A stretch of 64,000 bases of DNA from Myxococcales bacterium (GCA_047601445.1 JASGJH010000001.1:2240001-2304000), one strand, 5' to 3'; counted from the first letter of the stretch, positions 51,154 to 64,000 are shown. Notes: generated by a model not told the origin, from the letters alone. Made by a program: numbers and translations.

Positions 51154-52287
51154 ATGACCGCGGGGCCGCTTCACGACTTGTCACTGAGTGCGAGCACGAC
51201 TCAGTTACTCGAGCGCTTCGGATTCGATCGCGACACTTTCGAGAGCCTGCGCGCCAAGCTGAAGCGTGGTGAGGCCGGTGAAGAGCGCAACCGCCTGCGC
51301 GGCGTGGTGGAGCCGCCCGCCGCCGGTGAAGTCCGTCACTTGCCGGCCCCGAGCAGCGCCGAACGCAAGGCGCTCGCCGCGCGCGGCGAGGCCGCCATCG
51401 TGGCGGGGGAGGTCGCCTGCGTGGTACTCGCGGGAGGCATGGCCACGCGCTTCGGCGGCGTGGTCAAAGCGGCCGTCGAGGTCGCGCGCGGCAAGACCTT
51501 TCTGGACCTGAAGCTCGCCGAGATCCGCGCCAGCGCCACCCGCGCCGGAGGCAAGGTGCCGGTGCACCTCATGACGAGCTTCGCCACCGATGCCGAGATC
51601 GCGAAGTTGGCCAAGGCCGCCACCAGTGAAGCCGCGCCCGTCAGCTCCTTCTGTCAGTTCATCTCGCTGCGCCTTCTGCCGGACGGCGAGCTGTTCCGGG
51701 ACTCACGTGGCGAGGTATCGCCCTACGCTCCCGGTCACGGCGACCTCTCGTTTGCGCTGCGGCGCTCGGGCACACTGGCCGCGCTGCGCAAACAGGGCGT
51801 CAAGCACATCTACATGTCCAACGTGGACAACCTCGCAGCCACGCTGGATCCCGCGGTGATCGGGGCGCACCTCGAGAGCGGCAAGGCCATCAGCGTGGAA
51901 GCGGCGGACAAGGCCAAGGGCGACAAGGGCGGCGCGCCCGCGCGCGTGGACGGCGTGCTGCAGATCGTGGAAGGCTTTCGCTTCCCCAAAGAGTTCGACC
52001 AGGACTCGATCCCGGTCTTCAACACCAATAGCTTCGTCATGGACGTGGCCGCCATCGATCGCGACTTCGACCTGACCTGGTTCTCCGTGACCAAGGAAGT
52101 CGAGGGCAAGAAGGCCATCCAGTTCGAGCGCCTCGTGGGTGAGCTCACCGCGTTCTTGCCTTGCCACGTCATCGGCGTGGCCCGTGAAGGCGAGGACGGG
52201 CGCTTCATGCCGGTGAAGGACCCGCCCGAGCTCGAGGCCCGACGCGAGGCCATCGTCTCGCTGCTGTCGCGCCGCGGCGCTCTCTGA
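51154..52287 (+). CDS. UTP--sugar-1-phosphate uridylyltransferase (UDPGP family)
   Basis: VLAGGMATRFGGVVKA, LMTSF, YAPGHGDL, SNVDNLAA, KGG, FNTN, QFERL, RFMPVK. Confidence 0.88.
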   Translation: MTAGPLHDLSLSASTTQLLERFGFDRDTFESLRAKLKRGEAGEERNRLRGVVEPPAAGEVRHLPAPSSAERKALAARGEAAIVAGEVACVVLAGGMATRFGGVVKAAVEVARGKTFLDLKLAEIRASATRAGGKVPVHLMTSFATDAEIAKLAKAATSEAAPVSSFCQFISLRLLPDGELFRDSRGEVSPYAPGHGDLSFALRRSGTLAALRKQGVKHIYMSNVDNLAATLDPAVIGAHLESGKAISVEAADKAKGDKGGAPARVDGVLQIVEGFRFPKEFDQDSIPVFNTNSFVMDVAAIDRDFDLTWFSVTKEVEGKKAIQFERLVGELTAFLPCHVIGVAREGEDGRFMPVKDPPELEARREAIVSLLSRRGAL

Positions 52288-52297
52288 TCCATTGAGG

Positions 52298-53464
52298 ATG
52301 TCCCTCCTGCGGCGACTCGCGCTGCTCTCCGTGCTCGTGTTTGCTTGCGATAGCTCGCCGGAGGTGAGCGCCTCGCGCTGCTCGCTGGCCAAGGGGCAGG
52401 TCGTGGCGCGTCATCCGGGCCTGCGCTTTCACGGCGTCAAGCTGCTCGGCTGGCGCAGCGAGTTCGTGGCTGTTTGGTCGGATGCCGATGGGCTCTGGCT
52501 GCGCCGGCTGGACCTCCAGGGAACGCCCCTCGCTGCGCCCACTCGCATGGCGGACGCGTGCCCAGGCGGACTTGACGCTACGCCCATGGCCGATCGCCTG
52601 GTCGTGGCTTGTTCTCGCCCCGCCGCGGCCGAGGGCGAAACGGGCGAGCTCGCGGTCTACGGCATCACGCCCGATGTGACACGCGCAGATCCCATCGTGC
52701 TGGGCAGCACCGGGCGTGACGGGCGCGGGGTGGCTGTCTCGAGCCAGGGCACGCGCGTGCATGTGGTGTTTCACGAAGGGTCGCTGGGCCGACACGTGGT
52801 GCACTGGGCCGTCTTGGACGGGGAGCACGTGCTGGAGAACAAGGTGGTCTCCGATGTGCGGCGTGTCGCCGGCCAGCCGGCCTCCCTGGTGGATCGGGGA
52901 CATCACTACGCGCTCTGGAGCGAAAGCGAGCTAGACGCCCAACCTGCCTCGCGCACAGGCGTGTGGCTCAAGCAGGACGACGCGCCACCGCGGCGGGTGG
53001 CGCAGACCAGCGTGGTGGAGGCCGCGCCGAGCTTGAGTCGCGAAGGGGAGCAGCTGCTGTTGGCGTTCCGTGACCAGCAGGCTCGGGACAAGCGCAGCGA
53101 ACTCTACGTGACGCGCTTGAATGCGGCGCTCACGCCGGTCAGCAAGCCCGTGCGGGTGGGCCGCGCAAACGGCGAGGGAATGCCGCGGCTGGCGCGCTGT
53201 GGCTCCGTGCACGCGGCCGTGCTGCCGCGCGAATACGGAGGGGAGCACTACGTGGCGGTCCATGAGCTCGATGCGCAGCTCGGCAATCGCGGCGGAGGAC
53301 ACCAGTACTACGCGAACACACGCGAGTTCGTGATGGCCTCGTGGGCCTGCGCGGACGCGCCGGATGGCGCAGACAAGACGGCGCTCACGCTGCTGATCGG
53401 GGAGCGCGCGAATCCCTCGAGACCCGGCGTCGAGCTGATGACCTTGCGCTTCAGCTGTCCGTAG
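52298..53464 (+). CDS. putative lipoprotein, beta-rich
   Basis: Lipobox VFAC after a basic/hydrophobic N-terminus; long open frame. Confidence 0.65.
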   Translation: MSLLRRLALLSVLVFACDSSPEVSASRCSLAKGQVVARHPGLRFHGVKLLGWRSEFVAVWSDADGLWLRRLDLQGTPLAAPTRMADACPGGLDATPMADRLVVACSRPAAAEGETGELAVYGITPDVTRADPIVLGSTGRDGRGVAVSSQGTRVHVVFHEGSLGRHVVHWAVLDGEHVLENKVVSDVRRVAGQPASLVDRGHHYALWSESELDAQPASRTGVWLKQDDAPPRRVAQTSVVEAAPSLSREGEQLLLAFRDQQARDKRSELYVTRLNAALTPVSKPVRVGRANGEGMPRLARCGSVHAAVLPREYGGEHYVAVHELDAQLGNRGGGHQYYANTREFVMASWACADAPDGADKTALTLLIGERANPSRPGVELMTLRFSCP

Positions 53465-53801
53465 CGAGCACGTGCAAGAGCGCACGTTGGCTGCGCTCGC
53501 TCTTGTGTTGGAGCTCGGCCTGGCACGCCGCGCCTCCACGCGCGAGTTCGCGACAGGTCTCGGGCCGCTGCGGGTACACCGAACAGATGAAGGCTCCGTC
53601 TCGCGTCAACTGCAGCGCCGCGCAGTGTCCCTGCTCCATCCGCATGTAGCAACGATTCCCGATGAATACGGTGAGCGCCTCCGCGTTGTCGCCGAGCCTG
53701 GCGTGGTCATCGCCGGTGACAGGCACGTAGCGCTCCCCGTCTCCGAAGCAGCAAGCGCCGCAGCGAAGACATTCTGGCCATGCCTCGGTAGGCTGTTCCA
53801 T
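53451..53801 (-). CDS. YkgJ family cysteine-cluster protein
   Basis: CLRCGACC...CAAL...CSVYPQRPETCR. Confidence 0.85.
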   Translation of the reverse strand: MEQPTEAWPECLRCGACCFGDGERYVPVTGDDHARLGDNAEALTVFIGNRCYMRMEQGHCAALQLTRDGAFICSVYPQRPETCRELARGGAACQAELQHKSERSQRALLHVLATDS

Positions 53802-53819
53802 GGGCCCCCTTACCAGCTC

Positions 53820-55706
53820 TCAGGGTACGGCCACCAGCGCGTCCCCCTGCAAACGATAGCGCCGAGGCTGGTCCTGCCACGGGATCAACAGTCGTTCCAC
53901 GCCGCCCGTGGCGTCTTGCGTGAATGGATAGTCGGCATTGCTCCAGCCCTCGGCGGTGCCAGGTTCGATCACGAGCGCGCCGGTGCTGGTCGAGACGCGG
54001 TTGACGATCGCCTTGTCGCCCTGCCGCCGCACCACCTCGGCCGCAAGCATGCGCTTGAAACGTCCCTGCTCCTCGGCCGCCAACACCAACATGATCTCCC
54101 GACGCACTCCGTCCGCTCCCGACAAGGCTTGCGCGAGGCGCACGAACAACTCTTCACGCTTGTCCCCAGTGACATCGGCGTGGCCGAGATAGAGGACCTC
54201 GGCGGGGTCCTTCACGGGGAGGCCGTACGCCAGATAGCTACCGCCTTCGCCGATCTCTGGACCGAGCACGACCAGGTGATTGCCGAGTTCGAACACGTCC
54301 TCGAGCTCGGGCCCGGCCACCACGTTGGCGCGCTGATGGCGCCGCGGCGCGAGCTTGGCAGGCAGCTTGCGGTCGCGCCGAAAGAGGGCGAGCACGGCCT
54401 CCTGCGAGGGTGCCACCACCTCTTCGAGCGCCACCGGCGCGGCCGCCGCAGGTGCGCTCGCGCTGGACGGCGTGGCGGTCGCAGAGCGCTCCTCGGCAAC
54501 CATGCTCAGCGCGCCGGCCTCGAGGCCATAGGTGCGAGACTTGACGTCGCCCCATGGCAGCAGGATGGGCTGTACGTCGCGCGCGGCGTTCTCGCGGTAG
54601 TTCGAAGCAGTCAGGTTTTGGCTGCGTCCGGGCTTCACAATGATGCGAGCCTTGCTCTTGCCTTTCTGCTCGAGCTCCATGGTGTTCTCGAGGAAGCCTC
54701 CGGTGATCTCCTTGCGAAGCTCCACGCCGCCCACCGGACGCGGGCTGTCTTCGGCCAGCGTGTAGACCATCCAGACCTCGCGCGCGCCCTGCGGGTTGCT
54801 CTGGCGCAACGTGAGCAACAGCTCGGCGTGACCATCCAGGTCCAGATCCACGAGTTCGGCTTGCTTGATACCGCCGCCCATTCCGAACGGCAGTGCCACG
54901 TAGCCGAAGCTCTCGCCCTTCTTGAAGCCCGGACCGTAAACCAGCACGAAGCGATCGATGATGACCACGCGCTCCGCTGCCGCGTCGCCGTAGACGTTGG
55001 CGCGCCAGTCGAAGCGCGGCTCGATGCCGATCATGTTTTGGGAAGACAGGAAGCTGCCAACGAAGTCCTTCTGCCCCACCCCCAGCGCGAGCCGCGGCAT
55101 GCTGCCGGGCTTGGCCGCGCTCGCCGTTTCGAGCAGGGTCGGACGGCTGCCTCCATCGAAGTCCTCATAGCGCAGGGCCCCGCGCGCCTGTTCCCAGAGA
55201 TCGGAGCCCTGGATCAGCGACCACGGCACGAACGCCTCGATGACGTACCCTGCCTGTCCCTGCTCGCGGGGACCTTCCACGACCTTGATCGCTGGCTCGG
55301 GACGCGGACTACCCGCGCCCACCCGCAGACCCGCTTCGGCCTTCGAGCGCCCGCTCTGGCCCGCGTGAAGCCAGACTTCCTGCGCCGTCCACCGCCCCTT
55401 CGAGTCCGGCAGAGCCAGCGTGAGCACCAGTGCGTCCTGGCGGCCGCCCACGCCCTTGGTGCGCACGAGCTGCGCGTCGGACACCTCGGCGGCCACGTAG
55501 AGACCGCCATCGGCCGTGGCCAGTGCATAGCGAAGCGCTGGGTCCCCGGAGCCGAGGTTACCAAAGCGCGCGCCTTGCCACTCGCGCAGCGCACCATCGA
55601 CCCGCATGCGCTCCGCGCTTTGGTCGACTCGCAGCGGCGAGTCCGCCCTGACCGTCCCCACCCACATCACCAGAGAAACGAACACCCAGCTCCAACGTCG
55701 CCGCAT
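53820..55706 (-). CDS. secreted protein with an N-terminal CBM9/DOMON-like sugar-binding domain and FG-GAP-like motifs
   Basis: Signal peptide; MRVDGALREW, LYVAAEVSD, YVIEAFVPW; DLDLDGHAEL and DVTGDKREEL motifs. Confidence 0.6.
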   Translation of the reverse strand: MRRRWSWVFVSLVMWVGTVRADSPLRVDQSAERMRVDGALREWQGARFGNLGSGDPALRYALATADGGLYVAAEVSDAQLVRTKGVGGRQDALVLTLALPDSKGRWTAQEVWLHAGQSGRSKAEAGLRVGAGSPRPEPAIKVVEGPREQGQAGYVIEAFVPWSLIQGSDLWEQARGALRYEDFDGGSRPTLLETASAAKPGSMPRLALGVGQKDFVGSFLSSQNMIGIEPRFDWRANVYGDAAAERVVIIDRFVLVYGPGFKKGESFGYVALPFGMGGGIKQAELVDLDLDGHAELLLTLRQSNPQGAREVWMVYTLAEDSPRPVGGVELRKEITGGFLENTMELEQKGKSKARIIVKPGRSQNLTASNYRENAARDVQPILLPWGDVKSRTYGLEAGALSMVAEERSATATPSSASAPAAAAPVALEEVVAPSQEAVLALFRRDRKLPAKLAPRRHQRANVVAGPELEDVFELGNHLVVLGPEIGEGGSYLAYGLPVKDPAEVLYLGHADVTGDKREELFVRLAQALSGADGVRREIMLVLAAEEQGRFKRMLAAEVVRRQGDKAIVNRVSTSTGALVIEPGTAEGWSNADYPFTQDATGGVERLLIPWQDQPRRYRLQGDALVAVP

Positions 55707-55832
55707 CGCGCGCAAGGATACCTTGGAGTTCGCGAGCAAAGACAGAGCCTCGCGCAAACGATGGCACTGGCCACGCAGCCGAGTGTCCCGGGAGCTCGCG
55801 GCGTCCGGTGTGAGCCGGCCCGATGACTGCCC

Positions 55833-57008
55833 TTACTGGGGTTGAACGCGCAGCACTTTGCGAAGCTTCTCGCCGCGCAACGCGAGCTGTCCGCAGGCCG
55901 CCGCGATGTCGCTGCCCTTGCGGCGTCGCACGAAGGTGGCGATGCCGTGATCCAGCAGGGTTTGCTGGAACTTGTCGACCGTAGCCCAACTCGAGGGCGA
56001 GAGCGCGCTGGCGTCGATGGGGTTCATGGGGATCAGGTTGACCTTGACCTTGAGTCCGCGCATGAGCGACGCCAACTTGCGCGCATCCTCGAGGCTGTCG
56101 TTCTGTCCCTGGACCAGGGTGTACTCGATGGTGATGCGACGCCGCTTGGGCAGCGGGTAGCGCCGCAGGGCCGCCAGCAGCTCCTCGAGCGGGTACTTCT
56201 TGTTGATCGGCATCAAGGCGCTGCGGCGATCGTTGTCTACCTGGTGCAAGGAAACCGCCAGCTGCACTTGCCCCTCGAACTCCTGCCCGAGGCGATCGAT
56301 CTGCGGCACCAGTCCGCTCGTGGACAGGGTGACGCGACGTCGCGAGAGATTGAGTCCCTCCGGGTGCGTCATCAGCACCAGCGCGCGCGCCACCGCATCG
56401 TAGTTGGCGAGCGGCTCGCCCATGCCCATTAGCACCACGTTACGCAGGCGTTCGCCCTCGCCCAGGCGCTGTCGGCCCAGGATGAGCTGCGCGACAATCT
56501 CACCTGCGCTGAGGTTGCGCTTGAGCCCTGCCTGACCCGAGGCGCAGAACACGCAGCCCATGGCGCAGCCGACCTGAGTGGACACGCACTGCGTGAACAG
56601 CGCGTCGCGCGCCTCCGGCTGCCCTTCGTCGTCGTCGCTGGTCTCGTCGAGGGCGACCACGTCGGCGTCGGTCTGGATGCGCTGGGGGATCAGAACCGAC
56701 TCGATTTCTTTTTCGTCCTCGAGGCGCAGCAAGAGCTTGCGCGTGGTGTCCTCGGAGAGGTGCTCCGTGGCCACGCTGAGCGGAGTCTTGAGTCCCTCCT
56801 CCACGAGCTTCGCGCGCAGGGACTTGGGCAAGTCACTCATCTGCTCGGGGTCGAGCACGCCGCGCTGATGGATCCAGCGGAACACGGCGAGGCCGCGGTA
56901 CTTGGGCTCGCCCAAGCGGACCATCACCTCGGCCCACTCTTCGGGCAGACGCTCGAGGGGACCTGCCGGCTCGGTGAGCGGCGGCGCGAGGGGTTGGGCC
57001 TTCTTCAT
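55833..57008 (-). CDS. rlmN: dual-specificity 23S rRNA A2503 / tRNA A37 C2-methyltransferase
   Basis: CVSTQVGCAMGCVFCASG, MGMGEP, TLSTSG, LAVSLH, VNLIP, DIAAACGQL. Confidence 0.96.
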   Translation of the reverse strand: MKKAQPLAPPLTEPAGPLERLPEEWAEVMVRLGEPKYRGLAVFRWIHQRGVLDPEQMSDLPKSLRAKLVEEGLKTPLSVATEHLSEDTTRKLLLRLEDEKEIESVLIPQRIQTDADVVALDETSDDDEGQPEARDALFTQCVSTQVGCAMGCVFCASGQAGLKRNLSAGEIVAQLILGRQRLGEGERLRNVVLMGMGEPLANYDAVARALVLMTHPEGLNLSRRRVTLSTSGLVPQIDRLGQEFEGQVQLAVSLHQVDNDRRSALMPINKKYPLEELLAALRRYPLPKRRRITIEYTLVQGQNDSLEDARKLASLMRGLKVKVNLIPMNPIDASALSPSSWATVDKFQQTLLDHGIATFVRRRKGSDIAAACGQLALRGEKLRKVLRVQPQ

Positions 57009-57080
57009 GGTGCTGCCCAGTGTTGCCGAAAACCCGCAATTTTCAAGGGTCGGCCTCGACCGAAGCCGGCATGCGCCCAG

Positions 57081-58178
57081 CTAAACCGCCGAAAGCGAAA
57101 GCAGGAAACGCTCGAAGATCGCGTAACCCTCGGCCAACAAAGAGAGCGTCGTGTACTCGTTTGGTTGGTGAGCTTGCGAATTCACGCCCGGTCCCAGGTT
57201 CACCGCGGGTACGCCCACCTGGTCGAAACGGGCCACGTCCGTCCACGCTTGCTTGCGCTCCACCGTGCGCACTCCCGACTGAGCCAGCCGCTGCACCAGC
57301 GGGTGCATACGGTGAGGACGCCCGGCCGGAGACAAGTCGAAGGCCTTCACCTGGGCTCTGCCTGCCACCATGGCCACCAGCTCCTCCAGGGCCTGTTCGG
57401 GGGTCTTGCCGGGCGCGAAGCGGTAGTTGATGTTGAGCTCGAAGCGGTCGGGCACGATGTTGCGCGAGCGACCACCGTTCGCGAGCGTCGGCGTGAGCAC
57501 TTCCTTGAAGAGCATGCCGTCGATCTCCACCTCGCGCGGTACCCGGGCCCCGAGCTCGGCGAGGAAGCTGGCGGACTTGGTGATGGCGTTCTCACCCTCC
57601 CACGGGCGTGCGCTGTGGGCCGTGCGGCCCTCGAAGGTCACCGTGGCATGCAGCGAGCCCATGCAGCCGAGCTGCAGGCGGTTGTCGCTGGGCTCCAGGC
57701 AAATCGCCAGATCGAAGCCGTGCAAGATGGGGAACGCGTCCAGCATCGGACCGAGCACGTTCTCCGCGAAGGGCCCTTCCTCGCGCTCGTAGAACACCAG
57801 CGTGAGATCACAGGGCAGCGTGGCGCGGTCGAGCCGCTCGGCGAGCTCGATCATGATCGCCAGGCCTGACTTCATGTCCGCCGCGCCAGCGCCGTAGAGC
57901 TTGTCGCCTTCGATGCGCACGGGACCGTCGTGCTGCGTGCGCACCGTATCGAGGTGGCCCACCAGCGCGATCTTGGGAGCACCCGGCTTGTGATGGGCGC
58001 GCACGATCAGACTGTCACGAAAGCGCGTGATGCTCTCGGCGCCGAGGCTCCTGGCGAGCCGCTGCTCGACGTGATCGCACAGCGCCTTCTCTTCGCCGAT
58101 TGGGCTCGGCACCGCGGTGATGTCGAACAGAGTCTGAACCAGGGCGGCTTCGAGCGGGGCACTGCTTTGCGTGGACAT
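57081..58178 (-). CDS. dapE: succinyl-diaminopimelate desuccinylase (M20 family)
   Basis: GHLDTV, GAADMKSG, FYEREE, GCMG, HSARPWEGENAI, KQAWTDVARF, GPG..AHQPNE. Confidence 0.85.
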   Translation of the reverse strand: MSTQSSAPLEAALVQTLFDITAVPSPIGEEKALCDHVEQRLARSLGAESITRFRDSLIVRAHHKPGAPKIALVGHLDTVRTQHDGPVRIEGDKLYGAGAADMKSGLAIMIELAERLDRATLPCDLTLVFYEREEGPFAENVLGPMLDAFPILHGFDLAICLEPSDNRLQLGCMGSLHATVTFEGRTAHSARPWEGENAITKSASFLAELGARVPREVEIDGMLFKEVLTPTLANGGRSRNIVPDRFELNINYRFAPGKTPEQALEELVAMVAGRAQVKAFDLSPAGRPHRMHPLVQRLAQSGVRTVERKQAWTDVARFDQVGVPAVNLGPGVNSQAHQPNEYTTLSLLAEGYAIFERFLLSLSAV

Positions 58179-58233
58179 GGCGCAGCCTCTTACCATGCGG
58201 TCAGAAAGGAGCCCAGCCGGGTCCCTCACGGCA

Positions 58234-60411
58234 CTAGTCAGCGCCGGACCACAGCGCATTGGCGTCGGGACCGAGCAGCGCTCGCGCAGTGCGCAGCAGA
58301 CCGCGTGTTGCGGCACGCAGGTCGCCCACGCCGCCGCGACAGCGCAGCATCAGGCCCTCGTTCGAGCACACCAAATCGCCCGCCGTCTCGGCAGCACGAC
58401 GCGCGCTCTCGAGCTCGGCGGGAGTATGCGTGCCGACCACCAGCTCGTCGGGCGGGAACACCGAGCCGCGCAGCGCCTGTAGCGGCTCCAAGAGAGTCCG
58501 CACCACCAGCTCCCAGCGTACCTTCACGAGATTGGCCGAGATCTCCTCGACCACGAGGTCACCTCCTTCGAGGCGACCCGAAAGCGAGACCAGCGCGCCG
58601 CGCCTGCTGGCGTCCAGCTGCTCGATGCCGACCAGCAGCTCGAACGCGCCCGGCGCGAAGTGCTGTGCGAGTGCGCTGCCCTGATTCACGAGCGCTTCGT
58701 CTTCCCAGGTGGCGGCCGCGAACACGCTGGCTGCGCGGCCCTGCACTTTGGTGTCCTGCGCCCAGTGCTGCGCGTCCGCCGGTAGCGGCGCGGCGGTGCG
58801 CGCGCCAAAGGCCAACAAATGCACGCCGAGGTCGTGCCCTTCGGCAGCGCGCCCGAGCCGCGCCCAATAGGCGAACAGGCGCGGAACCTGGGCCAGCGGC
58901 AGCCGCAATTCCGGGACGCGCGTACGCCGCACACCGCGCACGCGTCCGAGCAGCGAGCTAGCCGTCACCAGGGCCCACTCGGCGCGCTCGTAGTCCTGAC
59001 CGGCTTGCACCTGTTGCGCGAGCTCGGGAGCCGCACGCGTGGCCTCCGTGTTGGAGAGACCGAGTTGGCGCTGCAGCTCCCAGGCCAAGCGGTGTGTGTC
59101 GAAGCGCGCGAGGGCCGTACGGCGCGCGAGCTGCCAGTAGGCGACCTCGCCACCCGACGCCAGGCGCGCATCCGCGAGTTCGAGGGCGGAGCGACCATCT
59201 CCCAGGACCTGGCAGCGCAGCGTGAATTGGCGGCGCGCCAGTGCCTCGTGGTTGGGCGCCTCGGTGCGGGCTCGCGTGAGCATACGATCGAGGCGGTGGA
59301 GCTCGGCTTCCCGCACGGCGGGTGCGGGCGGTAGGCGGGAGAGGGCTTGATCCACGTGGGCCAGCACGCGCTCGGGTGCCACGCGCTCGAAGGACTCATC
59401 CGGATCGATGGCGCCCTCCTCCGCCGTACGTTCGGCCGCGAGCGCGCGCTGCAGGCGGTCTTGATCTTCCACGCTGAGCCAGAGCTCCTCCAGCGACTGT
59501 CCGCTGCGTTGCTCCAACACGGCCCCTTGCACGCGATACTCCGAGCGCAGCGGCGTGCCAGCGAACATCGGGTTGTCCTCGGTGCCCACTGCGAGCTTCC
59601 GGGCGGCGCGCGCCGCCAAGGCCGGGGAAAGGAAGTGCCGCCGGGTCAGACGCTCGATGCTCCGCGTACGCAAGAAGAGAGCGGACTCGGATCCCACGAG
59701 CTCACGGCTGTCGAACAGGCCGGCGCCTTGACGGGCGCTGACCTCCACGGCGTCGGGCAACTCCTGGAGCAGCGCCAGACAGCGACCGTTGCCCACGTCG
59801 AACTCGAAGTCCTCCGGCAGCTTGCCGGTGGAGAGACGCACCGTGTACGGGTCGACGAATTCCGCTGCGACCGCGACGCAGGTGAGCTCGCCCCCACAAC
59901 TGGGCGGTGCCGTGCCCCAGCTCAGCTCGCGGTCGTCGGCCTTGCTCACGGCGTCGCGGATGCGCTGCGCATCACGGGTCGCGAAGCGCAGGTAGTCCAC
60001 GCGCAGGCTGCGTTCGTCCGCGGTGGTGACCTCGGCGCGCACGTAGGCCAGCACGGGGAGATCCACGCCCCAGGGCAGGTGATCGGTCTGACTCACCAGA
60101 CCCATCAGGGGCCGCACGGGCTCGGGCAGCGCCGAAGGGATCGCCACCACGCAGCGCGCGGCTTCGTTGGGCAAAAGGCTTGCGAGCTCCAGCGCGTGAC
60201 GAAGCTCGCCACGGGCGGGGGCCGCGATGGACGCGGGTTGGACGCCAGGCTGCGGGTGCGGCTCGGCAAGGCGTGCGCCAGGTGTACAGCTCGCCGCCAC
60301 CAGGCAGCACAGCCAGGCGGTGTGTGCGAGGGCGTTCGCCGGCGGCGCGTTCCCGCGCACGGAAAGGTCTAGCCGCGTGTTCCCACGCGCAAAGAAGCGG
60401 GCGAGGCGCAC
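58234..60411 (-). CDS. hypothetical protein, possibly a lipoprotein
   Basis: Long ORF in the operon with ndk/dapE; LVAASC lipobox-like; start uncertain. Confidence 0.6.
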   Translation of the reverse strand: MRLARFFARGNTRLDLSVRGNAPPANALAHTAWLCCLVAASCTPGARLAEPHPQPGVQPASIAAPARGELRHALELASLLPNEAARCVVAIPSALPEPVRPLMGLVSQTDHLPWGVDLPVLAYVRAEVTTADERSLRVDYLRFATRDAQRIRDAVSKADDRELSWGTAPPSCGGELTCVAVAAEFVDPYTVRLSTGKLPEDFEFDVGNGRCLALLQELPDAVEVSARQGAGLFDSRELVGSESALFLRTRSIERLTRRHFLSPALAARAARKLAVGTEDNPMFAGTPLRSEYRVQGAVLEQRSGQSLEELWLSVEDQDRLQRALAAERTAEEGAIDPDESFERVAPERVLAHVDQALSRLPPAPAVREAELHRLDRMLTRARTEAPNHEALARRQFTLRCQVLGDGRSALELADARLASGGEVAYWQLARRTALARFDTHRLAWELQRQLGLSNTEATRAAPELAQQVQAGQDYERAEWALVTASSLLGRVRGVRRTRVPELRLPLAQVPRLFAYWARLGRAAEGHDLGVHLLAFGARTAAPLPADAQHWAQDTKVQGRAASVFAAATWEDEALVNQGSALAQHFAPGAFELLVGIEQLDASRRGALVSLSGRLEGGDLVVEEISANLVKVRWELVVRTLLEPLQALRGSVFPPDELVVGTHTPAELESARRAAETAGDLVCSNEGLMLRCRGGVGDLRAATRGLLRTARALLGPDANALWSGAD

Positions 60412-60443
60412 GGCTCAGTCTAGCGCGCGCCCCGCGGCTTGTT

Positions 60444-60863
60444 TCAGAGGATCTCGTAGCCGGGGAAGAAGTACGCGATTTCCTGGGCAGCGGTCTCGGC
60501 GGCATCGGAGCCGTGGACGGCGTTCTCGCCCACATCCTTGGCGTACAGCTTGCGAATCGTCCCAGCATCGGCCTGGGCGGGGTTGGTGGCCCCCATCACC
60601 TTGCGGTAGGTGGCGACGGCGTTCTCGCCCTGCAGCACCATGACCACCACGGGGCCACGCGTCATGAACTCGCAGAGTTCGCCGAAGAAGGGACGCGCCT
60701 TGTGAACCGCGTAGAATCCTTCCGCTTGCGGGCGCGAAAGGTGGGTCATCTTTGCCGCCACCACCTTGAGGCCGGCCTTCTCGATCAAGGCGATGACCTC
60801 GCCGACCTTGTTCTTCTCGACGGTGTCCGGCTTGAGGATGGACAGGGTGCGCTCGATGGCCAT
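60444..60863 (-). CDS. ndk: nucleoside-diphosphate kinase
   Basis: [38 protein letters not shown]. Confidence 0.98.
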   Translation of the reverse strand: MAIERTLSILKPDTVEKNKVGEVIALIEKAGLKVVAAKMTHLSRPQAEGFYAVHKARPFFGELCEFMTRGPVVVMVLQGENAVATYRKVMGATNPAQADAGTIRKLYAKDVGENAVHGSDAAETAAQEIAYFFPGYEIL

Positions 60864-61132
60864 GACGGTCTCCTGGAAAAGCGTTCTAAAGGAGGGACAG
60901 GCGACCCGAAAACGCTGATTTTTTCAGTGGCTCCTGCCCGCAGTCGGCCGAGGTTTAGTGGAAAAACCCGAGCCGGCAAGGCTTTTACCCGCTGGGCGCA
61001 ACCGCCCCGTGGAGGCTTCACCTTGGCGAGCCGAAACTGAGGCGAAAAGGCACCGAGAAGCGTGCCTCGATATGCCGCAATCGAACGTGAATTGTCACGT
61101 GCAAGAGCGGCGCAGCGGGTAGACTGCTCGAG

Positions 61133-62173
<1,041 letters not shown>

Positions 62174-62183
62174 GGGGTTCATC

Positions 62184-63827
<1,644 letters not shown>

Positions 63828-63828
63828 T

Positions 63829-63887
63829 CGGGGGCACGCTCCCTCCCCGCGCCGGGACCCACCCACCGCGGAGGTTCGCTACGCTCA
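63829..63887 (+). repeat. REP-like element copy D (short variant lacking the middle hairpin)
   Basis: GGGGCACGCTCCCTCCCCGC...CCCACC..CGCGGAGGTTCGCTACGCTCA, starting 2 nt after the kinase stop. Confidence 0.6.
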
Positions 63888-64000
63888 CGCTCCGGAGGCT
63901 TCGCCCGCTCGCAGCGTTTCGAGGTACGCGCGGAAGCCGCCGAGCGCGCTGATGTCCTCGGCACCTTCCACTGCGTAGGGCTCCACCAGGAAGCACTTCA

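Noticed and set aside
60864..61132. Possible RNA gene or riboswitch in the ndk-HDAC spacer
   Set aside because: No recognisable tRNA, riboswitch or sRNA motif; consistent with a divergent promoter region.

Overview
GC-rich bacterial chromosomal segment, most likely from Myxococcota (Polyangia-like). This is inferred from a MYXO-CTERM-type protein, a giant TPR protein, DUF4388/PEGA signalling proteins and the gene order. It holds about 47 CDSs. Housekeeping genes include truA, yceD-rpmF-fabG-acpP-fabF-rpiB, obgE, queG, rlmN, dapE, ndk and an HMG-CoA lyase. These are mixed with envelope/secreted proteins, three two-component proteins, a MoxR/VWA pair and an ~11.2-kb TPR gene. I see no rRNA, tRNA, CRISPR array, transposase or prophage. 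Main observations: (1) five of six apparent frameshifts, including one in fabG, are the same single-base insertion, GATC->GATTC on the coding strand. This looks like a long-read error footprint of a DNA modification at GATC rather than pseudogenisation. (2) A ~580-bp intergenic element has long hexamer-based inverted arms around a 41-bp tandem duplication. (3) An ~80-bp REP-like family with covarying stems sits just after stop codons at four loci. (4) A 45-aa basic ORF absent from the ORF track has its own promoter-like motif and RBS. (5) The fab operon lacks plsX-fabH-fabD, and acpP is bracketed by paired hairpins. All functional calls come from motif recognition by eye; no searches were run.
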